Part shown: positions 48,782-60,876 of the stretch, piece after piece | Numbering within the stretch: the first letter of the stretch is position 1 | How the letters are laid out: each line of letters starts with the position of its first letter | Assembly: GCA_963805975.1 (NCBI GenBank) | Contig: CAWDVR010000001.1 | Coordinates: 1,248,001-1,312,000, forward strand | DNA from: an uncultured Acidobacteriota bacterium | GTDB lineage: Bacteria; Acidobacteriota; Thermoanaerobaculia; Multivoradales; SZUA-115 | Reading direction: 5' to 3' | DNA: 64,000 bases | Notes under the pieces: generated by a model | Told to the model about the DNA's origin: nothing | What the model saw: only the letters and a program-made list of their open reading frames with translations | Database searches by the model: none | Program-made: the position numbers and the translations under genes

Positions 48782-49798
48782 CTAGCTACCATCCAACAGG
48801 GTCCCCAACCCACCCAGGATCGAGCCCTCGTCCCGCCGGCCGCCCAGCGGATTGCCCGGCGCCGCGGCGAAGATGCGACCGGCCAGGCGGCTGAAGGGCA
48901 GCGACTGGAGCCACACCTTGCCCGGGCCGGTCAGGGTGGCGAAGACGATCCCCTCGCCCCCGAACATCGCGGTCTTGATGCCACCCACGAACTGGATGTC
49001 GTAGTTGACTCGCGGCTCGAAAGCCACCAGGCAGCCGGTGTCGAGCCGCAACGTCTCCCCGGCCGCGAGGTCGCGCTCGACGATGGTGCCGCCGGCGTGG
49101 ATGAAAGCCAGCCCGTCCCCTTCGAGCTTCTGCAGGATGAAGCCCTCGCCGCCGAAGAGGCCGGCACCGAGCTTGCGCTGGAAGGCGATCCCCACCGCCA
49201 CGCCCTTGGCGGCGCACAGGAACGCATCCTTCTGGCAGAGCATCGTACGGCCGTGCAGCTTGAGGTCCATGGGGATGATCTTGCCGGGATAGGGCGAGGC
49301 GAAGGCGACGCTCTTCCGGCCCACGCCGGTGTTGCTGAACACGGTCATGAACAGCGACTCGCCGGTCAGCACCCGCTTGCCGGCGGAGAGCAGCTTGCCC
49401 ATCAGTCCGCCGCCCTGCGATTGCGCCGAGCCGTCGCCGAAGATGGTCTCCATCTCGATCCCCGGCTCCATGTACATGAAGGAGCCGGCCTCGGCGATGC
49501 AGGCCTCGCCCGGATCGAGCGTGACCTCGACGAACTGCATCTCCTCGCCGACGATCTTGTAGTCGATCTCGTGCGCCTGGCCGACGCCGGTCGGCGGCGG
49601 TGGCGGCACGGCGCCAGCGGCGCCGAAAGCGCCGGCAAAGGGCTCGCGGTTGGCGATGGGCGCCCAACCGTCCATGCCCTGCGTGAACACGTGGGCGCTG
49701 CGATCGACCCGCCGGGCGCGGATGCGATCGACGATCTCCGCTTCGCTCAGCGGTCCTTCCTGCTGGCCGCCCACGGCGAGGTACCAGGTATTGCTCAT
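48782..49798 (-). CDS. GYF_2 domain fused to TIGR00266/AIM24-family protein
   Basis: N-terminal WY....Q.GP.....(W/F)..GM..W (GYF_2) then AEAGSFMYM, GESLFMT, FGGEGFILQ, WLQSLP. Confidence 0.88.
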   Translation of the reverse strand: MSNTWYLAVGGQQEGPLSEAEIVDRIRARRVDRSAHVFTQGMDGWAPIANREPFAGAFGAAGAVPPPPPTGVGQAHEIDYKIVGEEMQFVEVTLDPGEACIAEAGSFMYMEPGIEMETIFGDGSAQSQGGGLMGKLLSAGKRVLTGESLFMTVFSNTGVGRKSVAFASPYPGKIIPMDLKLHGRTMLCQKDAFLCAAKGVAVGIAFQRKLGAGLFGGEGFILQKLEGDGLAFIHAGGTIVERDLAAGETLRLDTGCLVAFEPRVNYDIQFVGGIKTAMFGGEGIVFATLTGPGKVWLQSLPFSRLAGRIFAAAPGNPLGGRRDEGSILGGLGTLLDGS

Positions 49799-49821
49799 CC
49801 TCGGAGTCTCCTTGTTGGTGG

Positions 49822-50401
49822 TCAGCGGCTGCCGGGCTTCTCCGCTCCGGCAGCCTCGGCCCACGCGGGCGCAGCCTCGCCGGAGGCCGGGTCGTAGGTC
49901 GGGATGTCCAGCTTGAGCAGGGCGAAGAACGGCACCTCGAAGGGGCTCCGGCCCGTGGTGCGGTCGATGATGCCGCCCACCGCCACCACCAGAGCCCCGG
50001 CCTCGGTCGCGACCGCCGCCGCCTCGAGCGTGCTCTTGCCGGTGGTCACCGCATCCTCGACCACGGCGACGCGCTCGCCGGCCTCGAGATGGAAGCTGCG
50101 GCGCAGCTTCATCTCGCCCTTCTCCCGTTCGGTGAAACGGAAGGGCACGCCGAGCGCCGCCGCCACCTCGTGACCGATGATGACGCCGCCCAGGGCCGGC
50201 GACAGCACCGAGTCCGGCCGCAGGGGCGCCAGCCGGCGCGCCAGGGCCCTGCCCACCCGACGTGCCAGCTTGGGGTTCTCGAGCAGCCGCGCGCACTGCA
50301 CGTAGGCCGGCGAGTGCAGGCCCGAGGAGAGCACGAAGTGGCCGCGCTTCAGGGCGCCGGTCTCTTCGAGCAGGCGCTCGAGCTCGTCGGCCGGCAGGGT
50401 C

Positions 50402-50412
<11 letters not shown>
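49822..50412 (-). CDS. pyrE: Orotate phosphoribosyltransferase
   Basis: GHFVLSSGLHS..YVQ, VVEDAVTTGKS. Confidence 0.93.
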
Positions 50413-51799
<1,387 letters not shown>

Positions 51800-51962
51800 C
51801 GCGGCTTACGACCTCGGGCCCAGGTTTGGATGACGGTTGCGGCGCCCGGCGGCGCCGCCGGGCGGCAGGAGTCTAGCAGGAGGAGATGGCAGAGGGCCGC
51901 TCGACATTGCCGCGAGGCGAGCCCGTGGCTCGCTCGCGGCAGCTTCGAGGGTCGATAGGGTG

Positions 51963-53501
51963 CTACTGGGCCTGCGGGAATGAGAGCAAGGGTGGCAGCT
52001 CCTCACCCTGCGGCGAGAAGCGCCGCACGTAGAGCCGCATCCGGCCCCCCTTCTCCACGGCCTTGACCGCGGTCTCGAACTCCCGGACGGAGCCCACGTT
52101 CTTGCCGTTGACGCTGGTGATCACGGACAGAACCTCGCCGCTCCTCAAGCCGTCTTCGTACAACGGGCTGGTGGGCGACACGGTGGTGACCAGGGCACCC
52201 TCCAGATTCTCCGGCAGGTTGTGGGTCGAGCGCAGGGTAGGCGTCAGATCCTGGTAGCGCAGACCCAGCCAGTCGATGGCAGAGTCTTTCTCGGGCTCCG
52301 GCGCTTCCGCCGCCTGGCCCACCCGCACGTCGCGCTCCGCGAGCTTGAGGACGAAATCCCGGCGCTTGCCCTCGCGCAGCACGTCGAGCCGGATGCTCGC
52401 GTCCGGACCGAGGCTCGAGACGTAGTCGATCAGCTCGCGGGTGTTCTTGATCGGCCGGTCGTTGACCTCGAGGATGATGTCCTCGGGCCGCAGGCCCGCC
52501 TTGTCGGCCGGCTGGCCCGGCAGCACGTTCATCACCAGCGCGCCGCTGGTCGACTCCAGGCCGTAGGCCTCCGCGGCGTCGAAATCGAGGTTGCGGATGT
52601 TGACGCCCATGTAGCCGCGCCGCACCTTCCCGGACTCGACGAGCTGCGGCAGGATCTGCTTCAGGGTGTTGGAGGGCACCGCGAAGCCGATGTTCTCGGC
52701 CGCGAAGTTGATCGCAGTGTTGATGCCGATGACCTCCCCCGCCAGGTTCAGGAGGGGCCCACCCGAGTTGCCGAAGTTGATCGCGGCGTCGGTCTGGATG
52801 AAGTTCTCGAACGAGGTGTCGTTGATGCCGATCGAGCGTCCCTTGGCGCTGACCACGCCCACCGTCACCGAATGGCTGAGGTCGAGCGGGCTGCCCACGG
52901 CCATCACCCACTCGCCGACGCGCAGCGCGTCGCTGTCACCCAGGCGCAGGTAGGTGAGCTTGCGCGGCAGGTCGATCTTCAAGACCGCGATGTCGGTCGC
53001 CGCATCCGTGCCCTTGATGGTCGCCTTGTACTCGCGGTCCTCGAGCACCACGGTCAGGTTCTCGGCTTCACGGATCACGTGGTAGTTGGTGACCACCAAG
53101 CCGTCCTCGCTGACCACGAAGCCGCTGCCCCCGGAGTCCTGACGGAACGGCTGATCGTCCTGCTGGGGCTGCTGCTGCGGCGCGTCTTGCTGGTCGGGCC
53201 GGCGCTGGCGGGGTCCGAAGAAGAACTCGAAGGGGTTGGGGGCACTGCCGGCGGCGCTCCTCCGCTCGATGCTGGTGGCGCGGATGGTCACCACCGCCGG
53301 GTCCACGGCGGAGGCGAGGTTGGCGAAGTCCGGCAGGCCGGCCGAATACCCGGGGACCGGCCCCGAGCTCACCGCCGGGATCGCCGGCCCCGTGGCCGCC
53401 GTGGGGGTGATCTCGAGCCCACCGGCCAAGACCATGCCGAAGACGGCGGCACCGAGCACGAGAAGAGAGGTCACGAACTGGCGGCTGCGGGAGTCCCTCA
53501 T
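51963..53501 (-). CDS. degP: HtrA/DegP family serine protease with two PDZ domains
   Basis: GSGFV, TNYHV, TD, QTDAAINFGNSGGPL. Confidence 0.92.
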   Translation of the reverse strand: MRDSRSRQFVTSLLVLGAAVFGMVLAGGLEITPTAATGPAIPAVSSGPVPGYSAGLPDFANLASAVDPAVVTIRATSIERRSAAGSAPNPFEFFFGPRQRRPDQQDAPQQQPQQDDQPFRQDSGGSGFVVSEDGLVVTNYHVIREAENLTVVLEDREYKATIKGTDAATDIAVLKIDLPRKLTYLRLGDSDALRVGEWVMAVGSPLDLSHSVTVGVVSAKGRSIGINDTSFENFIQTDAAINFGNSGGPLLNLAGEVIGINTAINFAAENIGFAVPSNTLKQILPQLVESGKVRRGYMGVNIRNLDFDAAEAYGLESTSGALVMNVLPGQPADKAGLRPEDIILEVNDRPIKNTRELIDYVSSLGPDASIRLDVLREGKRRDFVLKLAERDVRVGQAAEAPEPEKDSAIDWLGLRYQDLTPTLRSTHNLPENLEGALVTTVSPTSPLYEDGLRSGEVLSVITSVNGKNVGSVREFETAVKAVEKGGRMRLYVRRFSPQGEELPPLLSFPQAQ

Positions 53502-53573
53502 AGGATTTGAATCCTCTTTCCTGTTCGTGCGCGGTGCGAGGGCCGCGTCACGTCATTGCGCCCGCGGGGCGGC

Positions 53574-53589
53574 TGCAAGCGTCCTGCCA
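53574..53589 (-). promoter_or_regulatory. sigma54 (-24/-12) promoter of degP
   Basis: Minus strand TGGCAGGACGCTTGCA with GG-N10-GC spacing, about 75 nt upstream of the start codon. Confidence 0.7.
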
Positions 53590-53799
53590 GGGGTTCCGCT
53601 TCCTTTTCCCCAACGCCGGTGGGAGCGTGACGCCATTTTGGCGCAGATCAGCCTCCAAAGGAAGAGTACTGTCCCTAGTTGTTGCCGCCAGCGGGGGCCG
53701 GAGTGAGGGTGGAAGCGTGGCCGGGAAACTGGTTGCTATGCCAGATATTGGTGTGCCAGGATTGGGGCTCCAGAAAGAAATGAGTTACCTGAGGCCATC

Positions 53800-54102
53800 A
53801 TGTCCGACGAAATCCTCCGCAGACTCGACGAGCTCAAGGCCGGCCAAGACGGGCTGAGGGCCGGCCAAGACAAGCTGAGGGCAGGTCAAGACCAGCTGAG
53901 AGCAGGCCAAGACCAGCTCAAGGCCGGCCAAGACGAGCTGAGAGCGGGCCAGGCCGCTATCCGGACCGAGGTTGGCGAACTGCGCACGGAGGTAATGAGG
54001 GCAGTGAGCGAGAGCAATGAGAGCGTGCTGAAGGCTCTTCAAGCTCTTCACAGTTCCCACCAAGAAACCCGCGCCACCGTTCGAGAGCTGAAGCGAGCCT
54101 GA
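53800..54102 (+). CDS. Small coiled-coil heptad-repeat protein
   Basis: 100-aa ORF after GAGG; six D-x-L-[KR]-A-G-Q heptads. Confidence 0.7.
   Translation: MSDEILRRLDELKAGQDGLRAGQDKLRAGQDQLRAGQDQLKAGQDELRAGQAAIRTEVGELRTEVMRAVSESNESVLKALQALHSSHQETRATVRELKRA
53827..53952 (+). repeat. 21-bp coding tandem repeat x6
   Basis: GAC-NNG-CTS-ARR-GCN-GGY-CAR units with synonymous variation. Confidence 0.9.
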
Positions 54103-54312
54103 CGCCACGAGCTTCACGACTGGAGCCGGTGCTGGGCCGGACGTTCCAGCTCCCGGTCGGCCCCCTGGTTAGGTGCGCGGCGCGAACCTAGACCACCGTC
54201 GATCCCCCGAGAGCATCAACAGGCTCTTAGGACACTACCCTGGGAAGGGCTTCATTGCGGGAAAGACGCTCCGTCCGCTATACTTGCCCGGCTTACTGAC
54301 CTCCGCTGCAAG

Positions 54313-54341
54313 GAGAGTGGGCACTATGCCCACTTTTTTTG
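54313..54341 (+). promoter_or_regulatory. rimP leader hairpin / attenuator-like terminator
   Basis: AGTGGGCA-CTA-TGCCCACT followed by a T run, downstream of TTGCGG-N18-TATACT (54255-54284) and upstream of rimP. Confidence 0.75.
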
Positions 54342-54398
54342 TTGGGGCGGATGAAGTCTGAAACCCAAAAGGAACGCTAGCGCTTGATCGGTTCGACG

Positions 54399-54890
54399 AT
54401 GGCCGTGGAGTACCCTGCTCTCACTCCGGAGATCACCCGTGAGCTGGCTGCGATCGCTGCCGGCCAGGGGTGTGAGCTGGCGCACGTCGAGTTCAAGGGC
54501 AGCATGCTGCGCCTGATCCTCGACCGGCTCGACGGCGGCGTCAACATCTCCGACTGCGAGGCCGTCGCCAAGCAGGTCTCCGCGCTGCTCGACGTGGTCG
54601 AGTTCAGCGAGAGCCGTTACACGCTCGAGGTGAGCTCTCCGGGGCTCGACCGCGAGCTTTACGGGCCGCGCGACTACGAGCGCTTCCAGGGCCGCGCCGT
54701 GCGCGTCACCTACTTGCAGCCGGAGAACGGCGCCAAGCGCACCGTGACCGGCCGGCTGACTGCCTTTCGGCCGGCCGCGGGCAGTGGGGTCGGTGGTGGC
54801 AGCATCGAGGTCGCCGCGGACGACGGCAAAGAGATTCTCGAGATCCCCTTGGACCGCATCAAGACCGCCCGGCTCGAGATCGAGCTCTAG
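54399..54890 (+). CDS. rimP: Ribosome maturation factor RimP
   Basis: DCEAV, YTLEVSSPGLDREL; alternative TTG start 54384. Confidence 0.95.
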   Translation: MAVEYPALTPEITRELAAIAAGQGCELAHVEFKGSMLRLILDRLDGGVNISDCEAVAKQVSALLDVVEFSESRYTLEVSSPGLDRELYGPRDYERFQGRAVRVTYLQPENGAKRTVTGRLTAFRPAAGSGVGGGSIEVAADDGKEILEIPLDRIKTARLEIEL

Positions 54891-54915
54891 AGTGCAGAAG
54901 CAATAGGAACGAGAA

Positions 54916-56430
54916 ATGCCGCAAGCACAAACTGCCGAGATCAACCTCTCCGAGATCATCAAACAGGTCGCCCGCGAGAAGGACATCGACGTCGGGCGCT
55001 GGACTGCCGCGCTCGAGGACGCCATGGCCTCGGCCGCCAAGAAGCAGCACCGCATCAAGGAACCTGTGCGCGCGAGGCTCGATTCGGCAACCGGCAAGTT
55101 CGAGGCCTTCATCGTCAAGCAGGTGGTCGAAGAAGTGCAGGACCCGCTCGCCGAGTGGACGGTCGAGGAAGCCCGCGACCACAAGCCCGACGCCGAGGTG
55201 GGCGACGAGATCCTGCTGCCCATCCCCACCGAGGGCCTGGGCCGCATCGCTGCCCAGTCGGCCAAGCAGGTGCTCTATCAGCGGGTGCGGGAAGCCGAGC
55301 GCGAGAACATCTACAACGAGTACGCCGGCCGCGTCGGTGAGGTGCTGAACGGCACGGTCAAGCGCTTCGAGCGCGGCGACATCATCGTCGACCTGGGGCG
55401 CACCGAGGCCATCGTGCCGAGGAGCGAGCAGGCCCGCCACGAGCGCTACAGCCAGGGCGAGCGCATCCGCGGCGTGATCGTCGACATCCATACCCAGCCC
55501 AAGGGGCCGCAGATCGTCCTCTCGCGCACCGACCCCCGTCTCCTCGTCAAGCTCTTCGAGATGGAGGTGCCGGAGATCTACGACGGCACGGTGGTGATCA
55601 AGAACGCGGTGCGGGCACCCGGCGAACGGGCCAAGGTGGCGGTGATGAGCCGCGAGCGCGACGTCGACCCGGTGGGCGCCTGCGTGGGCATGAAGGGCTC
55701 GCGCGTGCAGTCCATCATCCGCGAGCTGCGCGGCGAAAAGATCGACATCATCGAGCACAGCGACGACCTGGTGACCTTCGCCCAGAGCGCGCTGGCGCCG
55801 GCCAAGATCACCCGCGTCTCCGTCACCCACTTGGGCGAGGTCCCGCACCTCGACGTGATCGTCGAGGACGAGCAGCTCTCGCTCGCCATCGGCAAGCGCG
55901 GCCAGAACGTGCGCCTGGCCTCGGAGCTGATCGGCGCCAAGATCGACATCAAGAGCGAGACCGACGTCAAGGACGAGGTGGCCGACGCGCTCGCCAAGAT
56001 GCTGCAGACCGCCTTCGCGCAGGCCACCAGCGACGCGGCCGGGGAGGAGCTGGACCTGACCGAGGTGCCTGGCGTGACCTCGGAGATGGCCGCCGCCCTC
56101 CAGGAGGCCGGTTACGACACGGTCGACGCGCTGCTCGAGGCCGATGTCGCCGTTCTCGAGCAGATCGAGGGCGTCGACAGCCAGGCGGCGCAGGCCCTCC
56201 TCGACTGGGCGCAGGAAAGAGAAGAGACGCGCAAGGCGGACCTCGACCTGGGTCTCGGCGGGGCGGTCGAAGAGCGCTCGGCGACGATGGGCGACAGCGA
56301 CTTCATGGCCGCGCTCTCGAAGGCGTTCCAGGAGAGCGAGGCGGTCCGCACCCGGCACTCGGGTGACGACGAGGCCGAAGAAGCCGAGCCGGAGCCAGAG
56401 GCCGCGACCGAGGTCGAAGAGAAGAGTTGA
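54916..56430 (+). CDS. nusA: Transcription termination/antitermination factor NusA
   Basis: GRIAAQSAKQV, EVPEI, DPVGACVG.KGSR, AIGKRGQNVRLA. Confidence 0.97.
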   Translation: MPQAQTAEINLSEIIKQVAREKDIDVGRWTAALEDAMASAAKKQHRIKEPVRARLDSATGKFEAFIVKQVVEEVQDPLAEWTVEEARDHKPDAEVGDEILLPIPTEGLGRIAAQSAKQVLYQRVREAERENIYNEYAGRVGEVLNGTVKRFERGDIIVDLGRTEAIVPRSEQARHERYSQGERIRGVIVDIHTQPKGPQIVLSRTDPRLLVKLFEMEVPEIYDGTVVIKNAVRAPGERAKVAVMSRERDVDPVGACVGMKGSRVQSIIRELRGEKIDIIEHSDDLVTFAQSALAPAKITRVSVTHLGEVPHLDVIVEDEQLSLAIGKRGQNVRLASELIGAKIDIKSETDVKDEVADALAKMLQTAFAQATSDAAGEELDLTEVPGVTSEMAAALQEAGYDTVDALLEADVAVLEQIEGVDSQAAQALLDWAQEREETRKADLDLGLGGAVEERSATMGDSDFMAALSKAFQESEAVRTRHSGDDEAEEAEPEPEAATEVEEKS

Positions 56431-56482
56431 AGCGGGCGCATTACAGTTTTCTGCCTCAGCAGTTCTGATTTCAAGGAGCTCT

Positions 56483-59221
56483 ATGGGAAAGATTCCGGTC
56501 CAGGACCTGGCGAAGATGATGGGCATTTCGAACCAGGATCTGGTCTTCAAGCTGCGTTCGATCGGTGTCCGTGTCGAGGGTGACAACGCCCACATCGACA
56601 CCGACATCATCTCGGCGATCTTGCAGGGCAAGAAGCTGCCGCATCCGCGGGAGGTCATCCTGCGCGACGAGCAGCCTCCCGGCACCGCGGCGCAACCGCG
56701 ACGGGCGGCCCCGGTGCCGGTCCGCCGGCCACCGCCGAGCCCGCTGCGTCCCAACCGCCCGCGGACCCTGATCCAGCGGACGGACCGCATCCAGACACTG
56801 CCGATGGTCGAGCGCCCGCTGCTGCCCTCGTCGGTGCCTCATCAGGCCCAGGCCTATGCCGCCGAGCCGCAGGTGGCCGAGGTGGAGATGCCTCAGGCGC
56901 CGGTCGCCGCCGCCCCGCCCGCGGCGTCGCCCCCGCCGCTGGTCACCTCCCGCGCCGGAACTCCCAGAGCGACCATCATCAGCCGGCCGCCACCGGGGTC
57001 CACCTACCGGCCGGCGACGCCTTCCTCCAGACCGCCGGCTCCGGGCTCCAGGCCGATGTCTCCCGGCTCGCGGCCGATGTCTCCCGGCTCGCGCCCTTCC
57101 GGACCTCCGGGATCGAGGCCGCCAGGGCCGCCGGGATCGAGACCCGGCCTGCCCGGCTCTCGCCCCTCCTCCTCGGCGCCCGATCCGCGACGGGTCGAGC
57201 GGCGTGACGCGCCGGCGGCGCCGCCACCGCGGGGAGACGACAAGGACAAGAAGGGCAAGCGTCCCAAGAAGCCCGGCACTCTGCGCGCCGTTCCGGACGA
57301 GGATCTGGGCGCTTACCTGGGTTCGCTCCGGTCGATCGAGGAGGTCGAAGAGGTCGAGGACGTCGGCATCGCGTCAGGCCGCCGCCGGCGGCGCGCCGAG
57401 CGCAAGGAAGAGGCCGACCGCGGCAACGGCAAGGTGCTGCAGTTCCGCGAGGCGGCTCCTTCCGGCCCGGTGATGATCTCCGAGGGCATGACCGTCCGCG
57501 ACTTCGCCGAGAAGCTCGGGGTCAAGACCAAGGATCTGATCAAGGCCCTGTTCCAGCGCGGCATCCTGGCCAACATCAACCACGTCCTCGATGCCGAGCT
57601 CGCGCAGCAGCTCGGCTCCGAGCTGGGCATCGAGACGATGGTGGTGAGCTTCGAGGAGGAAGTGCAGCTCAAGAAGGAGCTCGCCACCGGGCAGGAGCTC
57701 GCCAACCGCGTGACGCGGGCTCCGGTGGTCACCATCATGGGTCACGTCGACCATGGCAAGACCTCTCTCCTCGACGCCATCCGCTCGTCGAAGGTCGCCG
57801 AGGGCGAGCACGGCGGCATCACCCAGCACATTGGCGCCTACCAGGTGCGGGTGGGCGAACGCTCGGTGGTCTTCCTCGACACGCCGGGCCACGAGGCCTT
57901 CACCATGATGCGCGCCCGTGGCGCCCGTGCCACCGACATCGTGGTCCTGGTGGTGGCGGCCGACGACGGCGTGATGCCGCAGACGCTGGAAGCCATCAAC
58001 CACGCCCGCGCCGCCAAGGTGCCGATTGTGGTGGCGCTCAACAAGATCGACAAGGACAACGCCAACCCGGACCGGGTCAAGAAGCAGCTCTCCGACAACG
58101 GGCTGCTGATCGAGGAATGGGGCGGCGAGACCGTGCTGGTACCTCTCTCGGCGACCAAGAAGGAAGGCATCACCGCGCTCCTGGAGATGATCCTGCTGAC
58201 CGCCGACCTGCGCGATCTCAAGGCGAGCCCGGAGATCCCGGCCCAGGGCACGGTGCTCGAGGCGCGCAAGGACATCGGCCGCGGCATCGTCGCCACCGTG
58301 CTGGTGCAGAACGGTACGCTGTCGGTGGGCGACCTCTTCGTCTCCGGCGCCACCTGGGGACGGGTCCGCGCCATGGCCGACGACCTCGGCAAGCGCATTC
58401 CGCAGGTCGGCCCTTCGACGCCGGTCGAGGTGACGGGCTTCGGCGAGCTGCCGGAGGCCGGTGATCTCTTCCAGGTGGTCGAGGACGAGGCCAAGGCGAG
58501 GAGCATCGCGGATTTCCGCCGCCAGGAGCAACGGCGGCGCGATCTCGCCCCCTCGGCCGGCCGGCTGTCTCTCGAGCAGCTCTTCAACCGCATCGAAGAG
58601 GGCGAGATCAAAGAGCTGCCGGTGATCGTCAAGGCCGACGTGCAGGGCTCGGTCGAGGTGCTCAAGGACACTATCGAGAAAGCCTCGGGCGACAAGGTCA
58701 AGGTACGGGTCATCATGGCTTCCGCTGGTGCCATCTCCACCAACGACGTGCTCCTGGCCTCGGCCTCGGGCGCGATCATCATCGGTTTCAACGTGCGCCC
58801 GGAGAGAAATGCGTCCGAGCTCGCGGACAAGGAAGGCGTGGACATCCGCCTCCACACCGTGATCTACGAGCTGACCGACGAGCTGCGCAAGGCCATGGTC
58901 GGCCTGCTCGAGCCCACCTGGGAGGAGTCGGTCAAGGGACGGGCCGAGGTGCGCGAGATCTTCAAGGTACCCAAGGCGGGCATGGTGGCCGGCTGTCACG
59001 TGGTCGAGGGCGTGGTGCCGCGCAACGCCCAGGTGCGCCTGCTGCGCGACAACGTGGTGGTCTACGACGGCCGCATCTCTTCTCTCAAGCGCTTCAAGGA
59101 CGACGCCTCGGAGGTGCGTGCTGGCTTCGACTGCGGCATCTCGCTGGACCGCTTCCAGGACGTCAAGCCCGGCGACATCATCGAGGCCTACATCAAGAGC
59201 GAGGTCGCAGCGACCCTCTAA
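56483..59221 (+). CDS. infB: Translation initiation factor IF-2
   Basis: [20 protein letters not shown]; AAGGAG before ATG 56483; Pro-rich PGSRP repeats in the N-domain. Confidence 0.97.
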   Translation: MGKIPVQDLAKMMGISNQDLVFKLRSIGVRVEGDNAHIDTDIISAILQGKKLPHPREVILRDEQPPGTAAQPRRAAPVPVRRPPPSPLRPNRPRTLIQRTDRIQTLPMVERPLLPSSVPHQAQAYAAEPQVAEVEMPQAPVAAAPPAASPPPLVTSRAGTPRATIISRPPPGSTYRPATPSSRPPAPGSRPMSPGSRPMSPGSRPSGPPGSRPPGPPGSRPGLPGSRPSSSAPDPRRVERRDAPAAPPPRGDDKDKKGKRPKKPGTLRAVPDEDLGAYLGSLRSIEEVEEVEDVGIASGRRRRRAERKEEADRGNGKVLQFREAAPSGPVMISEGMTVRDFAEKLGVKTKDLIKALFQRGILANINHVLDAELAQQLGSELGIETMVVSFEEEVQLKKELATGQELANRVTRAPVVTIMGHVDHGKTSLLDAIRSSKVAEGEHGGITQHIGAYQVRVGERSVVFLDTPGHEAFTMMRARGARATDIVVLVVAADDGVMPQTLEAINHARAAKVPIVVALNKIDKDNANPDRVKKQLSDNGLLIEEWGGETVLVPLSATKKEGITALLEMILLTADLRDLKASPEIPAQGTVLEARKDIGRGIVATVLVQNGTLSVGDLFVSGATWGRVRAMADDLGKRIPQVGPSTPVEVTGFGELPEAGDLFQVVEDEAKARSIADFRRQEQRRRDLAPSAGRLSLEQLFNRIEEGEIKELPVIVKADVQGSVEVLKDTIEKASGDKVKVRVIMASAGAISTNDVLLASASGAIIIGFNVRPERNASELADKEGVDIRLHTVIYELTDELRKAMVGLLEPTWEESVKGRAEVREIFKVPKAGMVAGCHVVEGVVPRNAQVRLLRDNVVVYDGRISSLKRFKDDASEVRAGFDCGISLDRFQDVKPGDIIEAYIKSEVAATL

Positions 59222-59276
59222 CGGGGTCGCCCGAGGAACAGCCCGCCGCGCGCCGCCGCGCGGCGGCCCTCCCACC

Positions 59277-59570
59277 ATGGTCGTCGGTATCTCCATCTGT
59301 GAGCTCCACCTGCCCCACGCGCACAGCCTCAAGGACAAGCGCCGGGTAGTGAAGTCGCTGGTCGAGCGCATCCACCAGCGCTTCCGGGTCTCGGTGGCCG
59401 AGACCGCGTTCCACGACCTGCACCAGCGGGCGGAGATCTCGATCGCCGTCGTGGCCCAGGCCGAAGGTGAGGTCGAGAGCCTGATGCAGAAGATCCGCGG
59501 CCTCTTCGACGACGAGGTGGAGGCCTATGTCACCTCGTGGGAGCCGCAGTTCCTGGAGAGCGGAGCATGA
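59277..59570 (+). CDS. DUF503 (YlxP) family protein
   Basis: SLKDKRRVVKS, FRVSVAE, D.HQ; conserved position between infB and rbfA. Confidence 0.9.
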   Translation: MVVGISICELHLPHAHSLKDKRRVVKSLVERIHQRFRVSVAETAFHDLHQRAEISIAVVAQAEGEVESLMQKIRGLFDDEVEAYVTSWEPQFLESGA

Positions 59571-59920
59571 GCCGGCGCACCGACCGGGTGGCGGACGTGG
59601 TGCGGGCGGAGCTGGCGGAGATCCTGCGCCGCGACCTGTCCGACCCGCGGCTTTCGCTCGCCACAGTGAGCGAGGTCGACCTCTCCCCCGACCTGCATCT
59701 CGCCCGGGTGCGCGTTTCGGTTCTGGGGAACGAAGAGGCACGAGAGCAGGCGATCGCCGCCCTGCGCCGTGCCGCCGGTTTCGTGCGCCGTCAGCTCGGC
59801 CGGCGCCTGAAGCAAAGAGTCACTCCGGAGCTCGCCTTCGAGCTCGACCACAGCGCGGAGTACAGCCAGCAGATGTCGGACCTTCTGGAGGAGCTGCACC
59901 GTGACGATCACCATTCCTGA
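59567..59920 (+). CDS. rbfA: Ribosome-binding factor A
   Basis: R.DRV, DPR, DL..A, AAGFVR, PELAF..D.S. Confidence 0.95.
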   Translation: MSRRTDRVADVVRAELAEILRRDLSDPRLSLATVSEVDLSPDLHLARVRVSVLGNEEAREQAIAALRRAAGFVRRQLGRRLKQRVTPELAFELDHSAEYSQQMSDLLEELHRDDHHS

Positions 59921-60875
59921 AGAGCTGCTGCGCCGGCTCCGCACCGGCAACCGCTTCCTGCTCACCAGCCATGCCAACCCGGACGGCGACGCCATCGGCT
60001 CGGAGATCGGCCTCGCCCGCATCCTGCGCGGCCTGGGCAAGAGCGTGACCATCTGGAACCGCGACCCGGTGCCGGCGATCTACCGCGCCCTGCCCGGAAG
60101 CGACCGCATCCACACCGGCACCGAGCCGCCCACCGGGTTCCCCGACGCCTTCGACCTGACGGTGGTTCTCGAGTGCCCGAGCCTCGACCGCACCGGACTC
60201 GAGGACCACCTCGACGGCACCTCGCTGATCAACATCGACCACCACCTCGGCAACCAGCACTATGGCGGGGTCAACTGGGTCGATCCGGCGGCGCCGGCCG
60301 CGGGCGAGCTGATCTACCGCCTCGCCCAGGGGCTCAAGGTCCGGCTCGACCGCGAGACCGCGACCGCCCTCTACCTGACGCTGGTCACCGATACCGGCGG
60401 CTTCCGCTACTCGAATGCCAACCCGGCCGCCTTCGAGGCCGCCGCGGCCCTGGTGCGCGAGGGAGCGCGGCCGGAACAGGTCTCGGAGTGGCTGTACGAG
60501 AGCTATCCGCTCGCCATGATGAAGCTCCTGGGCGAGATGCTGCCCACGCTCGAGATCGCGGCCGACGGGCGCGTGGCCTCGGCCGTCGTCACCCTCGACA
60601 TGATGACGCGGGCAGGCGCCGCTCCCGGGGACACCGAAGGCTTGACCGACTACCCGCGCTCGATCGCCGGGGTGGCGGCCGCCGCCCTGCTGCGCGAGAA
60701 GGAGCCGGGCCGGTTCAAGGTCTCGCTGCGCAGCCGCGGCGAGATCGACGTCGAGAAGGTGGCCAGCCGTCACGGCGGCGGAGGCCACCGGAATGCCGCG
60801 GGCTGCGAGCTCTCGGGATCGGCGGACGAGGTCCGGAAACAGATCGTGACCGAGCTCGCGACTGCCGTCGCCTGA
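59901..60875 (+). CDS. nrnA: DHH-family oligoribonuclease/pAp phosphatase NrnA
   Basis: HANPDGDAIGS, IDHH, DTGGF, GGGGH. Confidence 0.92.
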   Translation: MTITIPEELLRRLRTGNRFLLTSHANPDGDAIGSEIGLARILRGLGKSVTIWNRDPVPAIYRALPGSDRIHTGTEPPTGFPDAFDLTVVLECPSLDRTGLEDHLDGTSLINIDHHLGNQHYGGVNWVDPAAPAAGELIYRLAQGLKVRLDRETATALYLTLVTDTGGFRYSNANPAAFEAAAALVREGARPEQVSEWLYESYPLAMMKLLGEMLPTLEIAADGRVASAVVTLDMMTRAGAAPGDTEGLTDYPRSIAGVAAAALLREKEPGRFKVSLRSRGEIDVEKVASRHGGGGHRNAAGCELSGSADEVRKQIVTELATAVA

Positions 60876-60876
60876 G

